A stretch of 64,000 bases of DNA from Promethearchaeota archaeon (GCA_019058365.1 JAHPZE010000001.1:352001-416000); one strand, 5' to 3'; shown: positions 18,130-27,859, counted from the stretch's first letter. The notes: a model not told the origin generated them from the sequence alone. Made by a program: numbers and translations.

Positions 18130-19077
18130 TCAATTCTTATCCTTATTTAAATTTAATTTCCAAAAGATTTGCTTATTATAGAGAGTATCTATAATCTTTT
18201 TTTGAGATTTAAGTTTTTTTAACTGTGAAATAATTTTATCTTCATCAAAATTAGAAGAAGAAAATGTTTCAATAATTTGATCTTGCCTCATTGGATGTCT
18301 CTCTAGTATTGATAAAACTTCTTTTTCGAAATCTGATGAATAAATATTGAATTTTCCTACCTCCGGAAAATTAATATTAGTGTAATCAACGAAGATTTCA
18401 TTTAAGATTGAAAGTATGCTCTTATCAGGAATTTTTACCCATTTTTCTACTGGGGGCCTTATCGGAACATTTATATCAATTCTATCTGGTTTTATCAACT
18501 CTAGTTTTTCTTTAATTTTTAATAATTCTTCTTTTGTGTCATTAATCCCTTTCATTAACATTACTTCTATCCAAAATTTACCCATGAATTTTTTCCTAAA
18601 ATCTATAAATCCTTGAATTAGATTATTAAAGCTAATAGAGGGGTGAGGTCGATTTATTCTTATGAATGAGTTTTCATCCCAAGCATCCAAACTTGGTAGA
18701 ACTACATCTGAAGAAATTAACGCATTCTGAACTTCTTTATCATAAAGCAAACTTCCATTAGTAATCACACAAACAGGTTTTTCAGATAACTCTTTAGCTC
18801 TTATGATCAAATCCTTTAAATCTTTATATAGTGTAGGTTCCCCACTCCCTACAAATGTTATATAATCAAATTTATTTTCATTTAATTTGATTGCTTTTTC
18901 GATTTCAGTTAAAATTTCTTTCTTTGGGAAATAATTTTTCCGGATATTAGTAAAGTTGTTTGTTTTTCCTAATTGACAGTAGATACATTGAAAATTACAC
19001 GTTTTAGAAGGAATTGGATCAATCCCTAAGGATTTCCCTAATCTCCTGCTAGGAACAGGTCCATATACATATTTCAT
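18130..19077 (-). CDS. Radical SAM protein (COG0731-like)
   Basis: YGPVPSRRLGKSLG, CNFQCIYC, GSGEPTL. Confidence 0.92.
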   Translation of the reverse strand: MKYVYGPVPSRRLGKSLGIDPIPSKTCNFQCIYCQLGKTNNFTNIRKNYFPKKEILTEIEKAIKLNENKFDYITFVGSGEPTLYKDLKDLIIRAKELSEKPVCVITNGSLLYDKEVQNALISSDVVLPSLDAWDENSFIRINRPHPSISFNNLIQGFIDFRKKFMGKFWIEVMLMKGINDTKEELLKIKEKLELIKPDRIDINVPIRPPVEKWVKIPDKSILSILNEIFVDYTNINFPEVGKFNIYSSDFEKEVLSILERHPMRQDQIIETFSSSNFDEDKIISQLKKLKSQKKIIDTLYNKQIFWKLNLNKDKN

Positions 19078-19099
19078 GTTTTTTTATTGGGAACCCATA

Positions 19100-19582
19100 T
19101 TAAGAACTTTGAATCTTGTATTTCTCAATCGCGTGTTTTAAAGTAGTTACTGCTAATTCAGCACAATGTTTATGATCATCAGGTAAGCCACCTAAAGCAT
19201 TTTCAACATCAATTGGTTGTAAATTCTCAGCAAATTCTAATGCTTGGCCTTCTACCATCATAGTAGTTTGACTTCCCGCTGCTACTGTAGCACCACAGCC
19301 ATCTGTAATAAAATTTGCTTTTTCAATTATACCTTCCTTAATCCTCAGAAAGAATTGCATTGTATCTCCACATGTTCCTTCATATGCATGCCAAACACTT
19401 ATTTCATCATCCTTTGGTTTTCCCCAATTTTTTGGATTTAGAAGTAAATCAACAATATATTTATTATACCGTTTAATTTCCTCTTCAATAATTTCTTTCT
19501 GAATTTCCTCTACCCATTTATCTAAATTGTCTAGTGGCATTTTATGATTACCTATTAAAGGCTTTTTTGATGTACAATGCAT
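19100..19582 (-). CDS. IscU/NifU-N Fe-S scaffold-like protein (start probably ATG 19540)
   Basis: GTCGDTM, DGCGAT, HCAELA. Confidence 0.88.
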   Translation of the reverse strand: MHCTSKKPLIGNHKMPLDNLDKWVEEIQKEIIEEEIKRYNKYIVDLLLNPKNWGKPKDDEISVWHAYEGTCGDTMQFFLRIKEGIIEKANFITDGCGATVAAGSQTTMMVEGQALEFAENLQPIDVENALGGLPDDHKHCAELAVTTLKHAIEKYKIQSS

Positions 19583-19626
19583 TACTTAGGATTAAGTAAT
19601 TTTTAAAATATAAAAAAATTATTCTT

Positions 19627-20526
19627 TTATTTTTCCAATATTTCTCGAATCTTTTTAACCGTTTCTTTAAAAGCCTTTGTCGATATACTATCAGGATATT
19701 TTAATATAAAAGGCATTCCTTGATCTCCCTGCTGACTTACCTCAATTTCGAAAGGAATTTTACCTAATAGTCGAACATTAAAATCTTTCGCCGCTTTTTC
19801 TACTCCTCCTGGAGGATAGAGATCAATATATTCTCCACAATGGGGACAATTAAAACCAGACATGTTTTCAATAATACCAAGTATTTGTCGTTCCATTATC
19901 TGAGCCATCCTTATTGTTTTTCTAGCATCCATTAAAGCAACTTCCTGCGGGGTTGAAACTACTACAACATTCTCATCGGGAATGAGTTGAAGGATATCTA
20001 GCGTTTCATCGCTGGTGCCGGGTGGTAGATCGCAGATCAAATAGTCTAATTCTCCCCAAATTGCTTCGCCTAAAAATTGCCTCACAGCACTCATCTTCAT
20101 TGGACCTCTCCAAATAACTGGTGAGTCTGAACTTTCAATGAGAAATGCCATACTCATTGCTTTAAGATTTAATGGCCCATTTACAGGATAAAATCTTTTT
20201 TTATCAGGATCAACCCTTGGTTTAAGATTTGGATCTACACCCAACATTTTTAATACATTTGGCCCTGTTATATCTACATCTAAGATTCCAACTCTCAGTC
20301 CAACGCTTACTAAACTCATAGCGAGGTTTACAGCTACTGTTGTTTTGCCCACTCCACCTTTACCAGATATAACAACTATTTTATGTTTAATTTTTTCCAT
20401 GTTTTTTTTTATATTTTCTTCTAATTCATCCATCTTTTCTTTCTTTCCTTGCTCGACTGTTTTCTTCAAATCGATATCTGGAATATCTCTTTCTTGAATA
20501 TTCTTGCACCTCTTATTTGTAATCAA
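19627..20526 (-). CDS. Mrp/NBP35 (ApbC) Fe-S carrier ATPase; start uncertain
   Basis: SGKGGVGKT, WRGP, DLPPGTSD, ENMS, CPHC. Confidence 0.93.
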   Translation of the reverse strand: MITNKRCKNIQERDIPDIDLKKTVEQGKKEKMDELEENIKKNMEKIKHKIVVISGKGGVGKTTVAVNLAMSLVSVGLRVGILDVDITGPNVLKMLGVDPNLKPRVDPDKKRFYPVNGPLNLKAMSMAFLIESSDSPVIWRGPMKMSAVRQFLGEAIWGELDYLICDLPPGTSDETLDILQLIPDENVVVVSTPQEVALMDARKTIRMAQIMERQILGIIENMSGFNCPHCGEYIDLYPPGGVEKAAKDFNVRLLGKIPFEIEVSQQGDQGMPFILKYPDSISTKAFKETVKKIREILEK

Positions 20527-20573
20527 ATTTAATGGTTAAATTTATATATTTTCAAATTTTGTTAATAATTGAT

Positions 20574-20591
20574 AATGAATAATTATTCATT
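20574..20591. promoter_or_regulatory. Perfect palindrome AATGAATAATTATTCATT between the divergent mrp and nifX-like operons
   Basis: Read directly from the sequence. Confidence 0.7.
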
Positions 20592-20639
20592 AAATTAAAA
20601 ACTTATGAATTGAAAATTTAAAAAAAAGGTTAGAAAAAA

Positions 20640-21083
20640 ATGAGTATTATTGCAATTCCTTCATTGGGTAATGGAGGCTTAAATGATCAGATGAGCCCTC
20701 GTTTTGGGAGATGTGCTAGTTTTACATTTGTTGAAGTTGAAAATAACGAGATTAAAGCTGTAAAAACGGTTCCAAATCCCGCAGCAAATGCTATGGGGGG
20801 AGCTGGTGTGCAAGCAACTCAGATTATTGGTAATAATGGTGCTAATGCTATAATAGTAGGATTCCTAGGCCCTAATGCTTCTAGTGGACTTAATGCTTTA
20901 AATATACAAATTTTTCAAGCTCCAAATCAAACAATTACAATAAAAGAAGTCTTGAATCTCTATTTAGAAGGAAAATTACAACCAATTACTACCTCAAATG
21001 TCGCATCACACTATGGAATGGGAGGTGGTGGACGGGGTATGGGCGGCGGTGGCAGAGGCATGGGAAGAGGAAATCTACCCTAG
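20640..21083 (+). CDS. NifB/NifX-family (COG1433) protein with a Gly/Arg/Met tail
   Basis: SPRFGRC, GGAGVQA, GPNA. Confidence 0.88.
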   Translation: MSIIAIPSLGNGGLNDQMSPRFGRCASFTFVEVENNEIKAVKTVPNPAANAMGGAGVQATQIIGNNGANAIIVGFLGPNASSGLNALNIQIFQAPNQTITIKEVLNLYLEGKLQPITTSNVASHYGMGGGGRGMGGGGRGMGRGNLP

Positions 21084-21122
21084 AAAAGCTAGCGATTAAT
21101 TAGAAAATAAAAGATATCTCTA

Positions 21123-22046
21123 ATGAATAGCAAGAAATCCAAAATAATATGTATTACCGGAGGAAAAGGAGGAACAGGTAAAACATTATGTGCTGTAAAT
21201 ATTGCTATAATGTTCAAAAACGAAGGAAAAAAAGTTCTTCTTATAGATGGTGATGTAGAAAATCCTAATACATATTTATTATTAAATGGAAAACTTGAAA
21301 ATAAAAAAGATGTTCCTTTTTTCAAACCTAAAATTAATGAAGATAAATGCTCCAAATGCGGATTATGTGCTAAAAATTGCTTAGCAAATGCGCTTTTACA
21401 TATTAAAGATGCTTTTCCAATTCCAATCTTGACTGTTTGTTCTGGATGTCAGTTATGTTATAAGATCTGTCCTGAAAATGCAATTGAAGCAGATTCAAAA
21501 ACAATAGGGTTTATTTATTCAACAAAAATAAATGGACTCTCACTTTTTCTAGGTGAATTAATGCCTTCAGAAGCTAGATCAGCTGCAATTGTAGAAGCAC
21601 TTCTTGAAAAATTCGAAGAGATTCTTGAAGCTGAACCTGAAAAATTTGATATTATCATTTTAGATACTGCTCCTGGTGCGCATTGTGATGTGGAACTTTT
21701 AATAGCTAATGCAGATATTGTAATTCCCATAACAGAGCCAACTAAGTTCGGTAAATTAGATTTAATTAGGATAATGGAATTGATTATGTTATTAGGCAAA
21801 GAATCTCGAGTGATAGTAAACAGATCTTCATTATTAGGATTTAGAGACCAATTTTTAAAAGAATTAGAAGAAGAAAACATAAAAATTTTAGGTGATATTC
21901 CCTTGGATTCGGATATAGTAGAATCTTACTGCCAAGGAACACCGATTATGGATAGCAACAGTGTGTTCGATAGAGAGGGTGCTGGTTATAGAGCTTTTAA
22001 TAAGATTTATGAAAATTTAAAAAAATGGTTAGGAATAATTAAATGA
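21123..22046 (+). CDS. MinD-superfamily P-loop ATPase with inserted ferredoxin (COG1149)
   Basis: GGKGGTGKT, DGDVENPN, two CxxCxxC clusters, DTAPGAHC, TEPT. Confidence 0.9.
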   Translation: MNSKKSKIICITGGKGGTGKTLCAVNIAIMFKNEGKKVLLIDGDVENPNTYLLLNGKLENKKDVPFFKPKINEDKCSKCGLCAKNCLANALLHIKDAFPIPILTVCSGCQLCYKICPENAIEADSKTIGFIYSTKINGLSLFLGELMPSEARSAAIVEALLEKFEEILEAEPEKFDIIILDTAPGAHCDVELLIANADIVIPITEPTKFGKLDLIRIMELIMLLGKESRVIVNRSSLLGFRDQFLKELEEENIKILGDIPLDSDIVESYCQGTPIMDSNSVFDREGAGYRAFNKIYENLKKWLGIIK

Positions 22047-22056
22047 CCTATAAAAG

Positions 22057-22998
22057 TTGAATGAGTTTATGGACAGAAAAATAGTAGGCATTGTTTCAGG
22101 GAAAGGAGGTGTAGGTAAAACATCAATAACAGCTTCATTAGCAAGTCTTGCAGAAAAAGATCTAGAAATCCAAGTAATTGTAATGGATTGTGATGTTGAT
22201 GCTCCGAATTTAGCTATTATTCTTCCTCCTGAGGATGAATCCACAATAAAAAAAGAAGATACTTTTACTACGAGGAAAGCAGAATTTATAGAAAACCAAT
22301 GTACTAATTGCAAACAATGCATTGATGACCATTTTTGCGAATTTAATGCTTTAAAATGGGATAACCAAAATTCAATTCCTATAATAGATGTTTTAAAATG
22401 TGAAGGGTGTGGAGCTTGTAAAGTTTTATGTCCAGAACATGCTTTTGAAATACATCCGGTAAAAAGTGGAGAAATAATTTCATATAATAGTAAGATGGGT
22501 GTTCCTTTAATTTATGGTAAAACTCAATTAGGGAGCACCACATCTGGAAAATTAGTATCAGATGTGAAGGAATTTTTAAGTAATTCTGAAAATTTTAACA
22601 ATAGCAACTTAATATTAATTGATGGACCCCCTGGAATTGGTTGTCCAGTAATTGCGACTATTTCAAACTTAGATTATGTTATTACAATCTCTGAACCTAC
22701 ACCTTCGGGTTTGCATGATTTATTGCGAGTAATAGAAGTTATTCAACATTTTGCAATTCCATTTGGGTTAGTCATAAATAAATCAGATTTAAAAAGCACT
22801 TTTCAAGAAGATTTTAAAAAATATATTAATGAAACAGGATATACAAAATTAGGAAAAATACCATTTGATTTATCGATCCCAGAAGCAATGTCTTTTGCCC
22901 AACCAGTTGTAGATTTTGCCCCAGATTCTAAAGCAAGTTTATCTATTAATAATATTTATAAAAATTTAAAAGAAGTTTTATGGAATAATATTCAATAA
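22057..22998 (+). CDS. Second COG1149 MinD/ferredoxin ATPase
   Basis: SGKGGVGKT, DCDVDAPN, CEGCGACKVLCP, DGPPGIGCP, EPTPSGLHD. Confidence 0.9.
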   Translation: MNEFMDRKIVGIVSGKGGVGKTSITASLASLAEKDLEIQVIVMDCDVDAPNLAIILPPEDESTIKKEDTFTTRKAEFIENQCTNCKQCIDDHFCEFNALKWDNQNSIPIIDVLKCEGCGACKVLCPEHAFEIHPVKSGEIISYNSKMGVPLIYGKTQLGSTTSGKLVSDVKEFLSNSENFNNSNLILIDGPPGIGCPVIATISNLDYVITISEPTPSGLHDLLRVIEVIQHFAIPFGLVINKSDLKSTFQEDFKKYINETGYTKLGKIPFDLSIPEAMSFAQPVVDFAPDSKASLSINNIYKNLKEVLWNNIQ

Positions 22999-23041
22999 AA
23001 CTAAATGCCTTATATTAAACTATTTCACATAAAATAAGAAT

Positions 23042-23461
23042 TTAAATATATTCTCTAACAAAGAAATAGACATTTTTAGAATTGCATTCTACGCAATTAA
23101 CTTTTCCATCCTTTGATGCAGTGGGATCTTCCCATTCATGATTACAATCTAAACATCCATATCCTTTAAAGCTTAATTTATAATCAAAATTCCCACCATA
23201 GACTTTAATTTCTTTCCCCTCAAGCAAGGCTAAAGTATTTTTCTGATGGGCACTTTCAAGAATTCTTGAAAAAGTAGGTTGACTTATTCCCATTCTTTCA
23301 GCAGCTGCTTTCTGATTCAAGCCTAAATAATGTTTTAATCTCATAGCTTCAAATTCAGCAACAGTTATTATAATTGAATCTTTTATTTTATTAGAAACCC
23401 CAGTGAAATAGGAATTATTAGGTGGCTGATTAACCCATCGTCGATGTCTGTTTCTTCCTAT
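23042..23461 (-). CDS. DUF134-family HTH DNA-binding protein with a C-terminal zinc ribbon; probable ATA start
   Basis: The upstream extension (M)GRNRHRRWVNQPP...EFEAMRL is the typical DUF134 N-terminus; in-frame TGA at 23470; GGTGA lies 6 nt before ATA; CLDC...CVEC. Confidence 0.88.
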   Translation of the reverse strand: MGRNRHRRWVNQPPNNSYFTGVSNKIKDSIIITVAEFEAMRLKHYLGLNQKAAAERMGISQPTFSRILESAHQKNTLALLEGKEIKVYGGNFDYKLSFKGYGCLDCNHEWEDPTASKDGKVNCVECNSKNVYFFVREYI

Positions 23462-23662
23462 ATCGAATCACCAAAAAAATAATTTTAACTATATTTCCAA
23501 TTGATATACTATATAAAAGTATTAATTTAGATTTTTATTATTAATTATTCAAAATTATTAGAAAAATGATTATTAAGAAATTTCTTAGTTCTTTATATCT
23601 TTATACTTAATTAATATACCTCGATTTTTATGTAAAACTAAAGAAAACACATAATATATATT

Positions 23663-23678
23663 ATGAATAATTATTCAT
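23663..23678. promoter_or_regulatory. Perfect palindrome ATGAATAATTATTCAT
   Basis: Between DUF134 and nifX-like 2, directly upstream of the TATA-like TTAAATTTAAA. Confidence 0.7.
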
Positions 23679-23735
23679 TAAATTTAAATTTTATAATTTC
23701 CTATAATATAATATAAAATAAAATTAATTAATAAG

Positions 23736-24155
23736 TTGAAAAGAATGAAAATAGCTATTAGTACAGAATCAGGAAATGTATGCGCTCACTTTGGCCGAGC
23801 GCCAGAGTTTACTTTTGTTACAATCGAAGATAATAAAATAATAAAAAAAGAAATACTTCAAAACCCAGGACATTCCGTAGGCAGTATACCTCAATTTGTA
23901 AATCAACAAGGAGCTAAATATATGATTGCGGGAGGTATGGGGCGCAGAGCTGAAGATTTTTTTAATCAATATGGAATTGAAGTAATTGTAGGAATTACTG
24001 GTAAAGTTGATGATGTTATCAAAAAGATCTTAGACGGAACTTTAAAAGGAGGAGAAAGTCTTTGCTCTCCAGGAGGGGGTAAAGGATTCGGTGTCGAAAA
24101 AATTCATACTGAAGCTGATGATAATCATGAGCACCATCATTTACATGACTTATAG
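23736..24155 (+). CDS. NifB/NifX-family protein with a His-rich tail
   Basis: AHFGRAP, NPGH, GGMGRRA; C-terminal HEHHHLHDL. Confidence 0.88.
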   Translation: MKRMKIAISTESGNVCAHFGRAPEFTFVTIEDNKIIKKEILQNPGHSVGSIPQFVNQQGAKYMIAGGMGRRAEDFFNQYGIEVIVGITGKVDDVIKKILDGTLKGGESLCSPGGGKGFGVEKIHTEADDNHEHHHLHDL

Positions 24156-24245
24156 TTTTTAAAGAGCTTAAAGTTTAATTGAAAAGGAATTTTTTAATCC
24201 AGATTCTTCTTATATTGCGATATTAACATGTTATTGAAAACTAGG

Positions 24246-24455
24246 TTAGTAATAAAGATCTTCTTTAATTTCACCATTAGGTAACATATTATCAGGATGA
24301 TTTTTTCCGCGCTCTTCCAATGCATATCTAATACAATTTTTATTTCCAATTAAACAATAATTTTCAACCCATTTGGGATCAAGTTTACCCTGATCAACAA
24401 AATATTTAATTGGGCAAACGGGATACCATTTACAGGTTTTGCTTTTGGTTTTCAA
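24246..24455 (-). CDS. Conserved small Cys-rich protein
   Basis: CKWYPVCP...ENYC...CIRY...HPDNMLPNG. Confidence 0.7.
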   Translation of the reverse strand: MKTKSKTCKWYPVCPIKYFVDQGKLDPKWVENYCLIGNKNCIRYALEERGKNHPDNMLPNGEIKEDLYY

Positions 24456-24554
24456 TTTTAGATACAGTCTCAGATAAATTTAATTATAAATAGAACATCA
24501 GGAAATAAAATATAAAGTAAAAAATTAAATAAATCTTTTTTGTTGAGAGAAACA

Positions 24555-24992
24555 TCAACCATCATTATAATCGATAATTTCAGGTAATATTGCATTATTA
24601 GGACAATTTTTAAAGCATTTTAAGCATTTAAAACATTGTGTTAGGTTTTTTTTATAAAATTTGATCAATTCCTTGCCTGTTTTTTCATCTTTTTCAAGTT
24701 CAAAGAGGGATTGAAAACAAAAATCCTCATCTAAGCAAATTCTACACAATGTACAGCTTTCTTGATCAATGGAAAAACCTCTCAATTTTCCTTCCTTAAT
24801 CGAGATAACTTCAATGGCACCATGCTCACAAACATCCACGCATTTTAAACATCCTTGACATTTATCATAATTCACATATCGAAGTGAATTTCTAAAAAAG
24901 ATTGCTTTTTTTGGACAACTGTACATACATCGTTGACATAATACGCATAAATTTGGATTTATATATATTGGAAATAGTTTCTCTTTTTCCAT
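24555..24992 (-). CDS. Polyferredoxin (about four [4Fe-4S] motifs)
   Basis: Four CxxCxxC(x3-5)C motifs. Confidence 0.88.
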   Translation of the reverse strand: MEKEKLFPIYINPNLCVLCQRCMYSCPKKAIFFRNSLRYVNYDKCQGCLKCVDVCEHGAIEVISIKEGKLRGFSIDQESCTLCRICLDEDFCFQSLFELEKDEKTGKELIKFYKKNLTQCFKCLKCFKNCPNNAILPEIIDYNDG

Positions 24993-25061
24993 GATAATTT
25001 ATGCTAAATTTTATGTATTAAAGTAAGGAATTCTAAATAAAAAAAAAAAGGAGAAAAATAT

Positions 25062-25571
25062 TTATTTTCTAATCTGAACCTTTGGTGTAATTTTGGAAGC
25101 TCCACCAAAATTTGTAATTACAGGACAATGGGTAAAAACTTTATCCATTAATTCATTGATTTTCTCTTCGGACGCATCTGCTTTAATTCTAATAACGGGT
25201 TCAAGCTTATCATAGCCTGCTATTTTTGAATCGTCAATTCCAAAAAGTGCTCCTAAATTAATATGTCCCCGAGAGAAAACCTTTAATTCTTCGATGTTAA
25301 TATCCATTATTTTAGCCCAGAATTTAGTCACAGCAATGATACAAGCACCAATAGAAGATAAAATCACTAATAATGGTGATGGTCCTTTATTTGTACCATC
25401 TAATCCTCCAGGAGCATCTATTAATAATTCAAAAGGATCCCCACCTGGATTACCCATTATACATTTGACTTGCATACCATCTGATAGCATCTCGCATTCA
25501 ATGTTAAAGTTCTTTTCCCCAGCATTCCAATCTGCCTTAATGGCATTATAAGTTTCTTTAAAACTTGGCAT
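25062..25571 (-). CDS. OsmC-family protein
   Basis: DAPGGLDGTNKGPSP, GAC, HCPV. Confidence 0.88.
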   Translation of the reverse strand: MPSFKETYNAIKADWNAGEKNFNIECEMLSDGMQVKCIMGNPGGDPFELLIDAPGGLDGTNKGPSPLLVILSSIGACIIAVTKFWAKIMDINIEELKVFSRGHINLGALFGIDDSKIAGYDKLEPVIRIKADASEEKINELMDKVFTHCPVITNFGGASKITPKVQIRK

Positions 25572-25615
25572 ATTTATTCAACTCATTTAAGTTAAAATTT
25601 TATTTTTATTTTCAT

Positions 25616-26005
25616 TTAATGAGTGTGAGCATGATCTGAGTTATTTCCACAACTGGCGTCATTTAATGATATTAATTGATGTTCTAATAACATTCTGACA
25701 TTTTTTTCAATGCTTCCATTGATACCTTGAAATAAATTTATGTTAACTTGTTGAAAACCCATAAATGGGCGCATCCCAATACCGGTTAGAATCATATCAG
25801 TAACATTTCTTTGTTTCATATTAATAACAGGTTCCATACAACCAGAATGACCATGATTAGGTAATTCAAAAACCTTCCTGAACTTACCATCATCATAAAT
25901 TTCAATTCCAAGGAAATAATTACAATGTCCAAAATGAGGTGATATATTATCAGAGATTTCAGGACCATCAGAGGGAATTCCAATAATTCTATTCATATCT
26001 CTCAC
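25616..26005 (-). CDS. Third NifB/NifX-family protein
   Basis: SPHFGHC, HSGC, GIGMRP; tail DHAHTH. Confidence 0.88.
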   Translation of the reverse strand: MRDMNRIIGIPSDGPEISDNISPHFGHCNYFLGIEIYDDGKFRKVFELPNHGHSGCMEPVINMKQRNVTDMILTGIGMRPFMGFQQVNINLFQGINGSIEKNVRMLLEHQLISLNDASCGNNSDHAHTH

Positions 26006-26056
26006 ACTTATTCTTCTTTTTTTTTTTTGAAAATATGTAAGAAGAATTATAATTTT

Positions 26057-26209
26057 TGAATAATTATTCCTATGACTTAAATTTAATGTTTTGAAATTAA
26101 TAAGAATGAAATGTGTAATAATTATTAATCTTTTGAATAAGTATTCATAAATCTTAAATTACTATACAAATATCTATTAATTAGTCCTTATATATTGAAT
26201 ATTCATTCA
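26057..26209. promoter_or_regulatory. Three further 14-bp palindrome variants
   Basis: 26057 TGAATAATTATTCC; 26134 TGAATAAGTATTCA; 26196 TGAATATTCATTCA. Confidence 0.6.
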
Positions 26210-26237
26210 AAAATTAAATTCAAAAGTTGTTAACAAA

Positions 26238-26429
26238 TTGAAGAGTTATAAAGAGATAATAAAAAGCGATACTTTTAAAGTAGAAGATGAATATATTGTT
26301 GATACTAAAATATTTAAAATGTGTTGGGGTTGCGAAATAAAACATAAGTCGGGTCATATGGTTTGGGACACAAGTAAAATGCGAAGAATTTTCTTTTGCG
26401 ATGATTGCTTCGCGAAGTTAAAGAAATAA
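26238..26429 (+). CDS. Small CxxC...CxxC protein
   Basis: CWGC and CDDC; TTG start. Confidence 0.6.
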   Translation: MKSYKEIIKSDTFKVEDEYIVDTKIFKMCWGCEIKHKSGHMVWDTSKMRRIFFCDDCFAKLKK

Positions 26430-26508
26430 GCTTCATTTTCTTATTCTATATTTTTTTAAAACTTAATTAAAGGTAAAATTATGTTTTATACATTAGATAA
26501 GATATAAT

Positions 26509-27300
26509 TTATAAAACAAATATTTGTAAAATTAAATATATTCCAATTCCAAACGCATAAGCGGGTATCAAATATTTCCAAAATTTATTTGGCAGAACTC
26601 TTACTAAATAAGGAGCTATAAGAGCTGCAAAAAAACCTCCAGTAAACAATGATGGAAGAAGAACAAGATCTACCATAACACCAGCAAAACTTATCAGAAA
26701 AAATGTGAATATACCCATAATCGAGACAATAGATTCTGCAAAAGACACAATAGCAGTTGCGCTTTTTTCATAAACTCCAGAAAAAATTTGACCCATAGTT
26801 ATGACTGGACCATAACCTCCTCCTCCAATCCCTTTATTGAAACCTGCTAATGCTGAAAAACCTATTAACATTTTTGGTCGCTTTTTAGAAAATTCAATGT
26901 TGTTTAATTTTATTTTGATAAATCCTGAAATCCCCATAAAAAGGATTAAAATCGCTACATAGGTTTTTATTACGATATCAGGGAATTTTATTGCAAAATA
27001 GCCAAGACATACAGATGCGAAAATTGCTAAACATCCAAAAAATGCCATTATTAAAGCCATTTTAGTAGCATCATTTAATGGACGAAAAGAATAACGAACA
27101 TTTTTAAATTCATGATCAAAAAATGTGTCAATTGCTCCAGTAATAGCCTCTGAAATTAAAATAGTTGGAACGACTTGAAGAGGAGTATAACCCATTAAGA
27201 ATAATAACGGCGATAATGCGGTGCCAAAACCCATTCCAGCCATGGAATCCATAGATTCAAATAAAAATGCAAATAAAATTATAATTAAGATTAATTCCAT
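26509..27300 (-). CDS. TauE/SafE (TSUP) sulfite-exporter family membrane protein
   Basis: DSMAGMGFGTALSP, GIGGGGYGP; about 8 TM helices. Confidence 0.88.
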   Translation of the reverse strand: MELILIIILFAFLFESMDSMAGMGFGTALSPLLFLMGYTPLQVVPTILISEAITGAIDTFFDHEFKNVRYSFRPLNDATKMALIMAFFGCLAIFASVCLGYFAIKFPDIVIKTYVAILILFMGISGFIKIKLNNIEFSKKRPKMLIGFSALAGFNKGIGGGGYGPVITMGQIFSGVYEKSATAIVSFAESIVSIMGIFTFFLISFAGVMVDLVLLPSLFTGGFFAALIAPYLVRVLPNKFWKYLIPAYAFGIGIYLILQIFVL

Positions 27301-27312
27301 GATTACTTAACC

Positions 27313-27468
27313 TTAAAATACAAAGTAAAATAAAACCATTGTTACAAAGTAAAAAAGTAAAGCAACACTTATTTTCATAATAGAACGTTTTTCTACTCTC
27401 ATTCTTTCTATAATTGGCTTTTCATCTAATTCACGTGCTTCTTTTCCAATTTCCCAATCCATTTCCAT
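27313..27468 (-). CDS. 51-aa tail-anchored membrane microprotein upstream of tauE
   Basis: Not in the ORF track: MEMDWEIGKEARELDEKPIIERMRVEKRSIMKISVALLFYFVTMVLFYFVF; ends 12 nt before the tauE ATG. Confidence 0.6.
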   Translation of the reverse strand: MEMDWEIGKEARELDEKPIIERMRVEKRSIMKISVALLFYFVTMVLFYFVF

Positions 27469-27859
27469 AACTTTTTTCACACTTTTTTTAATTAATAATT
27501 ATTAGTTATCATTAAATATAATTAAATATAATGATATTTTTCTATTTAAAGATTATTTTTTCCAATACAAATGTTCTTAGTATGAATAATGTTCGGTTTT
27601 TCCCACTTTTTTCCGAACTATCTCCGAAATATTTAAATATTTTTCTTTATAAATATTAGATGGTAAAAGAAGAAAAAAATAATCTAATAAAAAAATTATA
27701 TATTGAAAATTATTCAATAAGAGAGAAAATTTGAGGTGGTATTTTTTAATAAAAAAATTTTTGCTGTAGTAAATAAATCATCATATTCGTTAAGAATGGT
27801 AGGAAACATGATAGAACTTCAAAAAAATTGGAATTTTAATTAAAAGGGATGAGGATGAA

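Noticed and set aside
24246-24455. Uracil-DNA glycosylase label for this small protein
   Set aside because: It is only 69 aa and lacks UDG catalytic motifs; kept as a Cys-rich hypothetical.
20640-26005. Nitrogen fixation inferred from NifB/NifX-like and NifU-like genes
   Set aside because: There is no nifH/D/K/E/N in the window, and these small domains are common in non-diazotrophic anaerobes.
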